Shown here piece by piece: positions 40,855 through 49,385 of a stretch of 61,871 nt of DNA. Positions within the stretch are counted from its first letter, which is position 1; each line of letters opens with the position of its first letter. Source of the stretch: an uncultured Elusimicrobia bacterium. Its GTDB lineage: Bacteria > Elusimicrobiota > Elusimicrobia > UBA1565 > UBA9628. A model generated the notes under the pieces. The model had not been told where the DNA came from, searched no databases, and was given only the letters and a program-made list of their open reading frames with translations. The stretch spans positions 1-61,871 of the forward strand of contig CAYHNV010000001.1 of the NCBI GenBank assembly GCA_964358065.1. The letters run 5' to 3'. The translations under genes and the position numbers were made by a program.

Positions 40855-43779
40855 GTGCGGACGATCTGCCTGATCATACCGCCCTCGGTCTTCCTGCTCG
40901 ACGAGCGGGTGTTCATGGCCCTGGGCATCCTCAAGGTGGCCGCGGTGCTTGAGAAGACCGGCCATGCCGTCGAGCTGCTCGACCTCTCCGGCGTCGAGAA
41001 CTTCGAAGAGGTCGTCACACGGCACGCCTCATCCTCCAAAGCCTCCGTGTTCGGCCTGACGGCCACGACCCCCCAACTGCCGGCCGCGGCGAAGATCGTC
41101 GCCGCGCTGCGACGCGCGCGCCCCGACGCGCGCGCTATCCTGGGCGGGCCGCACGTGACCCTCGTCAACGCCGCCTGCAAGCGTGAGACGGCCGCGGGCC
41201 ATGAGGGCCGGGCCGCGACCGCCTTCCAGAAGCTCCAGACGATGTTCGACGTGCTGGTCGCCGGCGACGGCGAGGAGTCCATCCTGCTCGCCGTCAAGGA
41301 CGACGCCCCCAAGCTGATCGACGCCGATGACCCGGCTTCGCCGCTGTTCCTGACGAGCGCGAGGCTGACCGAACTCCCGTTTCCGGCACGCCACCTGGTC
41401 GACGTGGGCAGCTACCGCTATCAGATCGAGGGCCTGCCGGCCATCTCCCTGATCGCCCAGCTCGGCTGCCCGTTTGAATGCGGCTTCTGCGGCGGCCGCC
41501 AGTCCCCGATGCTGCGGCGCATCCGCATGCGCACGACCGAGAACATCGTCGCCGAGATCGAGATGCTGCACCGCGCCTACGGCGTGCGCGGCTTTATGCT
41601 CTACGACGACGAACTCAACGTCAACACGCGCATGATCGAGCTGATGCGCGCGATCCGAGCCCTGCAGGACCGTCTCGGCGTCGAGTTCCGCCTGCGCGGC
41701 TTCGTCAAATCCGAATTATTCAACGACGAGCAGGCCGAGGCCATGCGCCAGGCGGGCTTCCGCTGGATCCTCACCGGCTTTGAGTCCGGCTCGCCGCGCA
41801 TCCTGAAGAACATCAACAAGAAGGCCACGCGAGAGGAGAACACCCGTTGCGTGGAGATCGCGCACAAGCATGGCCTCAAGGTGAAGGCCCTGATGTCGAT
41901 CGGCCATCCGGGAGAGTCGGAGCAGACGATCGCCGAGACGCGAGATTGGCTGCTCTCGGCCAAGCCCGAGGACTTCGACGTGACCATCATCACCACCTAT
42001 CCCGGCACGCCCTACTACGACCGCGCCGTTCCCGTGCCGGGAAAGCCCGGACTCTGGTCCTACACTTATGAGAAGACCGGCGACCGCCTTTTTTCGCAGG
42101 AGGTCGACTATACCGAGGTCGCCGACTACTACAAGGGAAGCCCGGACGGCGGATATAAGTCCTTCGTCTATACCGACCACCTGAGCGCGGAGAAGATCGT
42201 CGAGCTGCGCGACCAGACCGAGCGCGACGTCCGCCGAATTCTCGGCATCCCGTTCAACCCCTGCCGCGTCGCCCACCGCTATGAGCACTCGATGGGCCAG
42301 ACGGAGCTATCCGCCGAGGTGCTGCGCGTCAGCCGCCCCGGCCGGAATTACAGGATACGCTTTGTGGCGCTGCTGCTTGTCGTTGTCGCCCTTTGGCTCG
42401 GGCGGTCGCGGCAGGTCCGCGTGACCCCTCCGCCGGCCAGGCCCGAACCGAGCCCACTTTCCAGGCTCGCAAAAACCCCCCCGCCTCGACCTGCGCCGCA
42501 GCCGCCTGCCGCTCCACCGGCGGCGCCCATTGCTTCCCCGCCGGTCGCGGACATCCCGGCGACTGCCCCGGAGCCGAAGACCGAACTTCATCAAAATCTC
42601 ATCCCAAAGGATATCAGCATTATCCGCAGCTATTACTCTCAAGAGATCTTGGCGCCGGGCTCATCGTTCGGATTGGACATCAACGGTTCTGGATTCACCT
42701 CGGAGTTCGGGCGGATGATCACGATTGATCCAGGCGGCGCGGACATGGCGGTCAAGGACCTGCGCCTGGTGACGGCCAACCAGATCAACGCGAGCATCGA
42801 GGTCGGCACCGATGCGAAAACGGCTTTCTATTACCCCCAAGTCATGATCAAGGGATTGCCGGTCTTCCGCGCCACGCAGCCGTTTGGCGTGGTTCGGCGG
42901 GGGGAGGTTCTGGCGATTAGACAGTTGTCGGTGGCCGAGGACAGCCGCTCGATGCGATTTAGCGTGATCACGAATTTAACCGAGAACATGGTTAAGCAGT
43001 TCTGGGTCGCGCCGACCAAGCCGGACCTGGAAATATCCTCCTTGGAACCGAAACTGCCGTTTGCCGTGGAAGGCACGCTGCGCATCGGCAAGGCCTCGGA
43101 GAGCGGCGCCTCCGGGCTCATCGTTTTTCTCTTCTCCCGTGAAATTTACAGGAGCCGCGACATGGTCAATCTTGCGCTGCCCAACTTGGGCAAGGCCGGA
43201 TTGACGCGAGGAATCAGCGCCGTCGATGCGTTCCATCGCCCGGGCGATACGATCTCTCTTTGGGTGCGAGGCGCTGGTTTTACACCTTCCGATGCGGGCC
43301 TGCTGACTGGTCGCATCGATGGTCTTGACGCGGGTCCGGCCTCGTTCGTCTACGCCTCGCCGACTGAAATATCATTCTCTTTTATTCTGCCGGCGACCGC
43401 TCCAGAGGGTTCCTATGGCGTAACGGTTAATGACGCCGCGGGGAAGGTCCTGGCACGGGCTCAAGACGCCTTGACCATCGTTGCCCCGCTGTGGCTGCGA
43501 GGGGTGGAGGTTTCCCCAAAGGCCCTGGCGGGGCGGACGGCCGTTCTCCATGTCTCAGGACGCGATTTCACCCCCGAGTTCGCCCGGGGCTTCCAGGCCG
43601 CATCCGAGGAACCGGGGATACGCATTTCGCGATTTACGCTGGCCGATCCCTCGACGCTCTCGGCCGAAATCACGATCGGTCCTTCGGTCGCGGCGGGAGA
43701 CTATTGGCTGACGTTCAGCTCCCTCGGCAAACCGGTCCAGCCCCAGTTTCCCGGCTTGATCAAGATTTCGGCCCCATGA
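40855..43779 (+). CDS. B12-binding-domain radical SAM enzyme fused to a TM helix, Pro-rich linker and C-terminal Ig/IPT-like repeats
   Basis: GTG 40855 lies 1 nt after the GT2 stop, with an alternative TTG at 40825. The N-terminal Rossmann-like region reads ICLIIPPSVFLLDERVFMALGILKVAAVLEKTGHAV. The radical SAM motif CPFECGFC is at 41467-41490. The hydrophobic helix FVALLLVVVALWLG lies at about 42358-42402. The Pro-rich segment lies at about 42420-42560. The remainder is beta-rich repeats (INGSGFTSEF, VRGAGFTPSD...GSYGVTVND, VSGRDFTPEF...GDYWLTFSS). Confidence 0.7.
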   Translation: MRTICLIIPPSVFLLDERVFMALGILKVAAVLEKTGHAVELLDLSGVENFEEVVTRHASSSKASVFGLTATTPQLPAAAKIVAALRRARPDARAILGGPHVTLVNAACKRETAAGHEGRAATAFQKLQTMFDVLVAGDGEESILLAVKDDAPKLIDADDPASPLFLTSARLTELPFPARHLVDVGSYRYQIEGLPAISLIAQLGCPFECGFCGGRQSPMLRRIRMRTTENIVAEIEMLHRAYGVRGFMLYDDELNVNTRMIELMRAIRALQDRLGVEFRLRGFVKSELFNDEQAEAMRQAGFRWILTGFESGSPRILKNINKKATREENTRCVEIAHKHGLKVKALMSIGHPGESEQTIAETRDWLLSAKPEDFDVTIITTYPGTPYYDRAVPVPGKPGLWSYTYEKTGDRLFSQEVDYTEVADYYKGSPDGGYKSFVYTDHLSAEKIVELRDQTERDVRRILGIPFNPCRVAHRYEHSMGQTELSAEVLRVSRPGRNYRIRFVALLLVVVALWLGRSRQVRVTPPPARPEPSPLSRLAKTPPPRPAPQPPAAPPAAPIASPPVADIPATAPEPKTELHQNLIPKDISIIRSYYSQEILAPGSSFGLDINGSGFTSEFGRMITIDPGGADMAVKDLRLVTANQINASIEVGTDAKTAFYYPQVMIKGLPVFRATQPFGVVRRGEVLAIRQLSVAEDSRSMRFSVITNLTENMVKQFWVAPTKPDLEISSLEPKLPFAVEGTLRIGKASESGASGLIVFLFSREIYRSRDMVNLALPNLGKAGLTRGISAVDAFHRPGDTISLWVRGAGFTPSDAGLLTGRIDGLDAGPASFVYASPTEISFSFILPATAPEGSYGVTVNDAAGKVLARAQDALTIVAPLWLRGVEVSPKALAGRTAVLHVSGRDFTPEFARGFQAASEEPGIRISRFTLADPSTLSAEITIGPSVAAGDYWLTFSSLGKPVQPQFPGLIKISAP

Positions 43780-43807
43780 GCCTGGAGTCAAGGGCAGCGC
43801 CAGCATG

Positions 43808-44641
43808 TTATTCGTCAGCGGCGGGCAGGGGGGTGAGTATACCTTTGTGGTGCAGGAATCCGCTGGATCGGGGGTAGTCGTAGCAATTGGCCAACCCGCA
43901 CTTGTTTAATATTTTTTCGCTGAAATGACTGCAGTTATTGCTCAGATAACCAAATCTAAAGGCCTTTTTTGTATAGACTTTGGCCCTGCCATCCAAGCAA
44001 TCCTTGTACCAAGCAAGAGATTCTCGCGGCTCTTTACCATTCAGGCAAACAGGCATTGAAGACAGGTGCGGGTTCCATGCTTCCAAGCTTTTCCGTTCGT
44101 CAGCGTCTTCATAAAGAATAACATCGCCCTTCCCCGAGGAAACAGAATACCCCATGAGCGTCGCCTTGATCCCATATCGGGTAAATTGAGGTTCTTTGAT
44201 GCGGTTGTATTCGTTGCTGTCTTGAAGTTCCAGCTGCCAAAAAGAACCATCTTCGTCTACGATTCGAACAGCGGCATGGCTCAAAATGCGCAATGCCTGG
44301 TAAAATTCCAGACTGATGCCCGGAACAATTATTGAAAAATCGCCATCAACGCGAGCGGGCGAGGTCGCGCTGGTCTGGGGGGCGGCAGGGGCCTTGATTG
44401 CTCCGGCTTCAGACAGGAACTCGTCGACAGCCAGGCTCTGCCCCGCGCCAAATCCCGCATCTTGCCCCCAGGAGGACCCCGCGGAAACGGCGATCAGACA
44501 AAGAAATCCCGCCGCCACGACTCCGGCTCGATTTTTCTCCACTCGTTCAGCCCCCCACCGTCGAATGTTGTGAGTATAGCCTGGGCGCCGGCTTTCGTGT
44601 CTGGGCCGGAGGACCCACAGAAGAAGCGCTAAGAGGCCCAT
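43808..44641 (-). CDS. Secreted hypothetical protein with LRAT/NlpC-P60-like (NCxHF) C-terminal domain
   Basis: ATG 44641, with an alternative GTG at 44542 just before the signal-like AGVVAAGFLCLIAVSAGSSWG. The C-terminal motif FGYLSNNCSHFSEKILNKCG resembles the NCEHF catalytic-Cys motif of LRAT/H-rev107 enzymes. An upstream His lies in ILSHAAVRIVDEDG. The gene body is conspicuously AT-richer than its flanks. Confidence 0.5.
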   Translation of the reverse strand: MGLLALLLWVLRPRHESRRPGYTHNIRRWGAERVEKNRAGVVAAGFLCLIAVSAGSSWGQDAGFGAGQSLAVDEFLSEAGAIKAPAAPQTSATSPARVDGDFSIIVPGISLEFYQALRILSHAAVRIVDEDGSFWQLELQDSNEYNRIKEPQFTRYGIKATLMGYSVSSGKGDVILYEDADERKSLEAWNPHLSSMPVCLNGKEPRESLAWYKDCLDGRAKVYTKKAFRFGYLSNNCSHFSEKILNKCGLANCYDYPRSSGFLHHKGILTPLPAADE

Positions 44642-44706
44642 CCTTTTTACTTGCGCGTCGCCATGTATCAGGCCCCGTAATTTGCCATACTAGGGGCAGG
44701 TAGAAA

Positions 44707-45732
44707 ATGCCACAACCTTGGGACGATCCCGCAGAAGAGATCAGCAACATGCTGAAGGAGCTTTCGGCGAAGTTGAATGCAAACTTCCCGGGACAGGGGC
44801 TCGTGGTGGCGGTCGTGGCGGTGTTCGGGGCGGTACTCCTGTTCAGCTCGGTCTACACCGTCGAGCCCAGTGAGCAGGCGGTCATCATTCGCTTCGGTCG
44901 ATACGTCTCCACGGAAGCCCCCGGGCTTCATTTCAAGCTGCCCTTCGCCATCGACCGGGCGATCAAGGTCAAGACCAAGGTCATCCTGCAAGAGGAATTC
45001 GGGTTCCGGTCGTCCGGGCAGGTCGGTGCCCGAACCGACTACGCCGACCAAGACTTCAAGCAGGAATCCCTGACCCTGACAGGCGACCTGAACGTGGCCA
45101 ACGTCGAGTGGATTGTGCAGTATCAGATATCAGACCCCAAGAAATACCTTTTCAACGCGCGGGAGGTGCTGAAAAACCTGAGAGACGTTTCTCAATCGGT
45201 CCTGCGCCGCGTGGTGGGGGACCGTATCGTCAATGAGGTTTTGACCACCGGCCGCGTTGAGATTGCGGAGGAAGCCCACCGCTTGACCCAGGAGGTGCTC
45301 GACCGCTACGACATCGGCATCCGCATCGTGACGGTGAAGCTCCAGGACGTGAACCCGCCCGAGTCGGTGCGCCCGGCTTTCAACGAGGTCAACGCCGCCA
45401 AGCAGGAGCAGGAACAGGCCATCAACCAAGCCGAGCAAGGCTACAACAAGGTCATCCCCGAGGCCAGCGGCAATGCCGAAAAGAGCATCCGCGACGCGCA
45501 GGGCTATGCCACGGCGGCGGTCAACCGGGCCCAGGGGGACGCGGCGCGTTTCCGATTTATGCTGGAGGCCTATCGCGCTGCCCCCGCCGTCACCCGGACC
45601 AGGCTCTATCTGGAATCGATGGAGGAGCTGTACAGCCGCTTTAAGACACTGACCATCGTGGACAAGGGGGTGCAGGGGCTTTTGCCGGTTTTCTCCCAGC
45701 CCCAGACGCCTTCTTCGGAGGCTTCCCGATGA
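44707..45732 (+). CDS. hflK: FtsH protease modulator HflK (SPFH/band-7 family)
   Basis: A single N-terminal TM segment is followed by VYTVEPSEQAVIIRFGRYV...GLHFKLPF and by DVNPPESVRPAFNEVNAAKQEQEQ. A 4-nt overlap joins it to hflC. Confidence 0.9.
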   Translation: MPQPWDDPAEEISNMLKELSAKLNANFPGQGLVVAVVAVFGAVLLFSSVYTVEPSEQAVIIRFGRYVSTEAPGLHFKLPFAIDRAIKVKTKVILQEEFGFRSSGQVGARTDYADQDFKQESLTLTGDLNVANVEWIVQYQISDPKKYLFNAREVLKNLRDVSQSVLRRVVGDRIVNEVLTTGRVEIAEEAHRLTQEVLDRYDIGIRIVTVKLQDVNPPESVRPAFNEVNAAKQEQEQAINQAEQGYNKVIPEASGNAEKSIRDAQGYATAAVNRAQGDAARFRFMLEAYRAAPAVTRTRLYLESMEELYSRFKTLTIVDKGVQGLLPVFSQPQTPSSEASR

Positions 45733-46703
45733 GTCCCGATCGGAGATTGGCGACGATCGCGGGCGCCGTTGCGGCCTTTTTTCTGCTGAACGCATCGGTG
45801 TACACCCTGTCGGAATGGGAGCAGGTCGTCATCACTCAATTCGGGCGTCCCGTTGGATCTCCCGTCAACACGGCCGGGCTCCATTTCAAGCTGCCGTTCA
45901 TCCAGATGGTGCGCCGCCTGGACAAGCGCATTCTCAACTGGGACGGCTATCCCAACCAGATACCCACCAAAGACAAGAAGTACATCGTGGTCGACACGAC
46001 TGCCCGCTGGCGCATCATCAATCCCCTGCTCTTCATCCAGACCGTTCAGACGGAAGCCGGGGCGCGCTTGCGGCTGGACGGCATCCTGGACGCCGTGACG
46101 CGCGACACCATCTCCAACCACAATCTGGTGGAGGCGGTCCGCAACTCCAACGCCATCCTGGAAAGGGTGCGAAAGAAATCGCAAGCCCTGAAGACTCAGG
46201 AGCTCCAGCCCGGCGCCGAGGAAGAGGAGGTGACCGGCGAGGTTGAGGGCATTGCCGTTGGACGGGAGGCCTTGAGCGGCATCATCATCGAAAAGGCCCG
46301 CGCCGGCCTTAAGGAATTCGGCATTGAGATCATCGACGTGCAGTTGCGGCGCATCGCCTATGAGGCCAGCGTGGAGGCCAAGGTCTACGAGCGCATGATC
46401 TCCGAACGCCAAAGAATCGCCCAGAAGATTCGCTCGGTGGGGTTGGGCGAGCAGGCCAAGATCCAGGGCAAGACAAACAAGGACCTGCAGGGCATCGAGT
46501 CGGAGGCTTACCGTAAAGTCCAATCCATCAAAGGGGAGGCGGACGCCAAGGCCATCCGCATCTACGCGCAGGCCATGAATGCCGACCCCGGCTTCTACGA
46601 GTTCGTCCGAACGCTGGAGGCCTACCGGAAGGCCATCCCCGCCGGCAGCACGCTCATCTTATCCACGGACAACAAATTCCTGGAACTTATGCGCAAGCGC
46701 TGA
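45729..46703 (+). CDS. hflC: FtsH protease modulator HflC (SPFH/band-7 family)
   Basis: Motifs: VYTLSEWEQVVITQFGRPV...GLHFKLPFIQ and IIDVQLRRIAY...ERMISERQRIA. Pairing with hflK supports the call. Confidence 0.9.
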   Translation: MSPDRRLATIAGAVAAFFLLNASVYTLSEWEQVVITQFGRPVGSPVNTAGLHFKLPFIQMVRRLDKRILNWDGYPNQIPTKDKKYIVVDTTARWRIINPLLFIQTVQTEAGARLRLDGILDAVTRDTISNHNLVEAVRNSNAILERVRKKSQALKTQELQPGAEEEEVTGEVEGIAVGREALSGIIIEKARAGLKEFGIEIIDVQLRRIAYEASVEAKVYERMISERQRIAQKIRSVGLGEQAKIQGKTNKDLQGIESEAYRKVQSIKGEADAKAIRIYAQAMNADPGFYEFVRTLEAYRKAIPAGSTLILSTDNKFLELMRKR

Positions 46704-46714
46704 GTGCTGCGCGC

Positions 46715-46966
46715 TCAGTCCCGGCTTCGTGCCGCGTGCGTCGCCGCGCAGTCCGGGCCGCAGAAGTAGAGGACACTGCCTCGGATGTGCCGGGTCACGG
46801 CGCGATTCTTCAGGACATAGACCCGGCATTCGTGATCAAGAACCATCTCCCCGTCGGCCGAGTCCGGCCGAGTCGGCTTCGGCGGCGTCCGGCGCAGCCG
46901 ACGGAGGACGGCCCGGACCGCGTAGTAGACGAGGATGAGGTAGACGGCGAGCATGATGGCACGCAT
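46715..46966 (-). CDS. Small membrane-anchored protein with Cys-containing C-terminal domain (PP0621-like appearance)
   Basis: 83 aa. TM segment AIMLAVYLILVYYAV, basic stretch RRLRRTPPKP, then DHECRVYVLKNRAV...LYFCGPDCAATH. Confidence 0.45.
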   Translation of the reverse strand: MRAIMLAVYLILVYYAVRAVLRRLRRTPPKPTRPDSADGEMVLDHECRVYVLKNRAVTRHIRGSVLYFCGPDCAATHAARSRD

Positions 46967-47106
46967 GGTCTTGCCCCCATCTTATCAAAGAGCGCGCGGC
47001 TTGTTTCCCCCGCCTGAACGGGCTGTAAGTCCCGCCGGGGATAGGACGAAATCCGGCCTTCTCTTGGGTCCCTTGGCCCATCTTCGTCCGACGGGGCCGT
47101 GATAGG

Positions 47107-49335
47107 ATGCTCCCGATGCTGATCCTAGCGCTCCTTCACCTCCTGTCCGCCTCACCCGTCCACGCGGCAGGCGTCGTCGGCCAGACCCGAGTCCAGGCCC
47201 ACGCGACGCAAACCGGGCCGATCCCGCTTCCCTCATGGGTTGGAAACCACGCGCCCATCGGCTTGCCGGGTGCCAGCCTCGGCCTCCAGACCAATCTTCC
47301 GGGCTTTCAGGCTCCGGCCATCGTCCGCTCGCAGGCCGCTCCCATCCCGGCCGCCGCAGTCCTGGCGGGCCCTCTTCCGGCTGCCGCGTTCTTCGACCGC
47401 GCCCGGCCCGACAGCCGGGCCGAGGCGGTCCGGCTGGACTACTCCCGGTTCCTCGGGGAGGTGGGGTTCCGCGACTATCCTTCGGCGATCTCCGCGAACC
47501 TTGCCAAGCCCGGCCTCACGGATCTCCAACGCAAGGTGCTTGGGTTCAACGCCAAGCGCTATCGCGTCATGATCGCCGCGCGCGACCTCGCCTCCGAGGT
47601 CATGGCGGGCCTGGTGGAGCAGGACTATGCCCCGGAGGCCGTCGAGACCGCGGCGGAGCTGGCCGCGAGGCTCTTGAGCCTCCAGCCGCTCGACCCGCCT
47701 TCGAGCCTTCCCGCGGACATCGCCCGCACGGACAAAGACTCCATTCGTGGCTGGCTGGTGGCGGTCACGGTCCAGAAGCTCACCGCCCAGTTGGGCCAGG
47801 TCGTTTCGGACGTCTCCAAGGCCGCGGTCCCCTCCGTCCTGTTGAAGCAGGGGCTCAAGGACTTCTCAGAGGGCCGCAGGGAGTCCACAGCGGCGCGCGA
47901 GGTCGCGGGCCGGGTGGGCAGGATCAAGGACCTGGCCGAGGTCCTCCTGGTCGCGGCCTACACCGACGCCGAAGCGGGGCAGACTCGCTACGCCGGCCGC
48001 GCCCTGGCCGCGTCCCTTGTCCGCTACTCACGCATGAACGAGAGACCGCAGGTTGAGGAGCTTCTTCGAGCGAAGGTCTCGCAGCGGGGCCAGCACCTGG
48101 AGAATTTCATCGGCGACACCCTCGTTGTCCCGGACCGGAGCTCATCTGCGGGCGTGAAGCGCCTCAAGCTCCACACCGGCGACTTTCTCGGTGAGCGCAG
48201 CGGCGGACGGGAAGCCGCGGAGATCACCTTCGGCGTGCGCCCCCCGCTCAAGCTGTGGTGGAAGGCGCTGCGGTCCAGGCTCCTCGGCCACCCTCTCGGG
48301 CTCTGGGCGAACCCGAAGGAGGGAGTCAAGCTCAAGCCCGGCCAGCCCGTTCGCAACCGGCTCAGGCAGCTCTTGGCGGGCTTCCAGCGCTGGTTGGCGA
48401 ACCGGCGGTTTCTGCACAACGGCTACTCGCACGTGGGCATGGCCTCTCTTGAAGAGTCCGACGGCGTGGTCATGGCCTGGGCGCTCGACAACTACCCCAA
48501 TGCCGGGGAGGGCGGCATCCGCAAAATCGGCATCGCGGAGGAGTTCGCCCAGCATGGGCCGTTCGTCAAGCTTGGGGTGGCCCATCTGGACGCGGACCGG
48601 GTCTGGGATTCCTTCCAAGCCCAGGCGGCCCGGGACGGATACAGGGAAGCTGTCTACAGATCGGGGGACGGCTATTGGCCTTCGCTGATGACTCCGGAGG
48701 AGCACCGGGCCCTGCTCGCCATTCCGCGCTCGGATTCGGCCCGCCTCCTGGCCGAGCTTGCCCGCCGCGCCGCGGCCTCGATCGAGGATTTGATGACGCG
48801 TCTGGGCACGGGCTTCGCCTACGGATTCGTCAATGAGATCTGGCGCGCTTACTGCAGCTCGACGATGATGCTCGCTTACCGCATGGGCGGGCAGTTCGAG
48901 ATCCAGGCCGCGCCCGACCATTTTCACCCCCTGGTCCTCCTCATGAAGAAGCTCGGCCTTCCGGGCGCCAAAGACCAGAACACCGATGGCCGCATCATCT
49001 GGCCGGGCAGCCTCTTCATCGATCCCAAGGTCGCCAGCCACCAGACGGCGGACTACACCGAGTACCGCGAGGTCGGCAAGATCACCAACCCCTATACGGT
49101 TGCCGCCTACGTCGAGATGGATCCGGCCCTGACCCGGGACATCATGGTCCTGGCGAGGCTCTCGGGTCTGGAGATCACGCCGGACAAGGGTCTCATCGCG
49201 GCCGTGCTCATCAATCACCTCGACAATCGGGCCCAGAAGGCGCGGTCCAAGACCGGCTACGCGACGGGCGCAGCCCCGGCGACCGGCTACTCGTCGGGGC
49301 TTGAGGGTCTTCTTGAGGATCTCGGCGGGGACTGA
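47107..49335 (+). CDS. Large secreted hypothetical protein. The C-terminal half has a possible permuted papain-like amidase (YaeF/YiiX-like) domain
   Basis: Signal peptide MLPMLILALLHLLSASPVHAAG. The motif NGYSHVGMA, followed about 130 aa later by WRAYCSSTMMLAY, resembles the His-then-Cys order and local motifs (ySHvGi ... yCSelv..ay) of the YiiX family. Confidence 0.5.
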   Translation: MLPMLILALLHLLSASPVHAAGVVGQTRVQAHATQTGPIPLPSWVGNHAPIGLPGASLGLQTNLPGFQAPAIVRSQAAPIPAAAVLAGPLPAAAFFDRARPDSRAEAVRLDYSRFLGEVGFRDYPSAISANLAKPGLTDLQRKVLGFNAKRYRVMIAARDLASEVMAGLVEQDYAPEAVETAAELAARLLSLQPLDPPSSLPADIARTDKDSIRGWLVAVTVQKLTAQLGQVVSDVSKAAVPSVLLKQGLKDFSEGRRESTAAREVAGRVGRIKDLAEVLLVAAYTDAEAGQTRYAGRALAASLVRYSRMNERPQVEELLRAKVSQRGQHLENFIGDTLVVPDRSSSAGVKRLKLHTGDFLGERSGGREAAEITFGVRPPLKLWWKALRSRLLGHPLGLWANPKEGVKLKPGQPVRNRLRQLLAGFQRWLANRRFLHNGYSHVGMASLEESDGVVMAWALDNYPNAGEGGIRKIGIAEEFAQHGPFVKLGVAHLDADRVWDSFQAQAARDGYREAVYRSGDGYWPSLMTPEEHRALLAIPRSDSARLLAELARRAAASIEDLMTRLGTGFAYGFVNEIWRAYCSSTMMLAYRMGGQFEIQAAPDHFHPLVLLMKKLGLPGAKDQNTDGRIIWPGSLFIDPKVASHQTADYTEYREVGKITNPYTVAAYVEMDPALTRDIMVLARLSGLEITPDKGLIAAVLINHLDNRAQKARSKTGYATGAAPATGYSSGLEGLLEDLGGD

Positions 49336-49351
49336 GCAATTCAGCCCCCTA

Positions 49352-49379
49352 TTGACAGCCCGCCGAGGCCTGTTATACT
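49352..49379 (+). promoter_or_regulatory. Near-consensus sigma70 promoter with extended -10, predicting a leaderless mRNA
   Basis: TTGACA at 49352-49357, a 16-nt spacer ending in TGT, then TATACT at 49374-49379. The ATG of the next gene begins at 49386, 7 nt after the -10 element. No Shine-Dalgarno sequence is present. Confidence 0.45.
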
Positions 49380-49385
49380 CACGTT

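Noticed and set aside
42420-42570. CCG/CCC-rich low-complexity stretch
   Set aside because: It encodes the Pro-rich linker of the rSAM fusion protein and is in frame with both flanks.
46967-47106. 140-bp intergenic region checked for a tRNA, small RNA or riboswitch
   Set aside because: I could recognise no cloverleaf or T-loop (GGTTCGA-type) and no conserved riboswitch motif. It most likely holds divergent promoters for 46966 (minus strand) and 47107 (plus strand).
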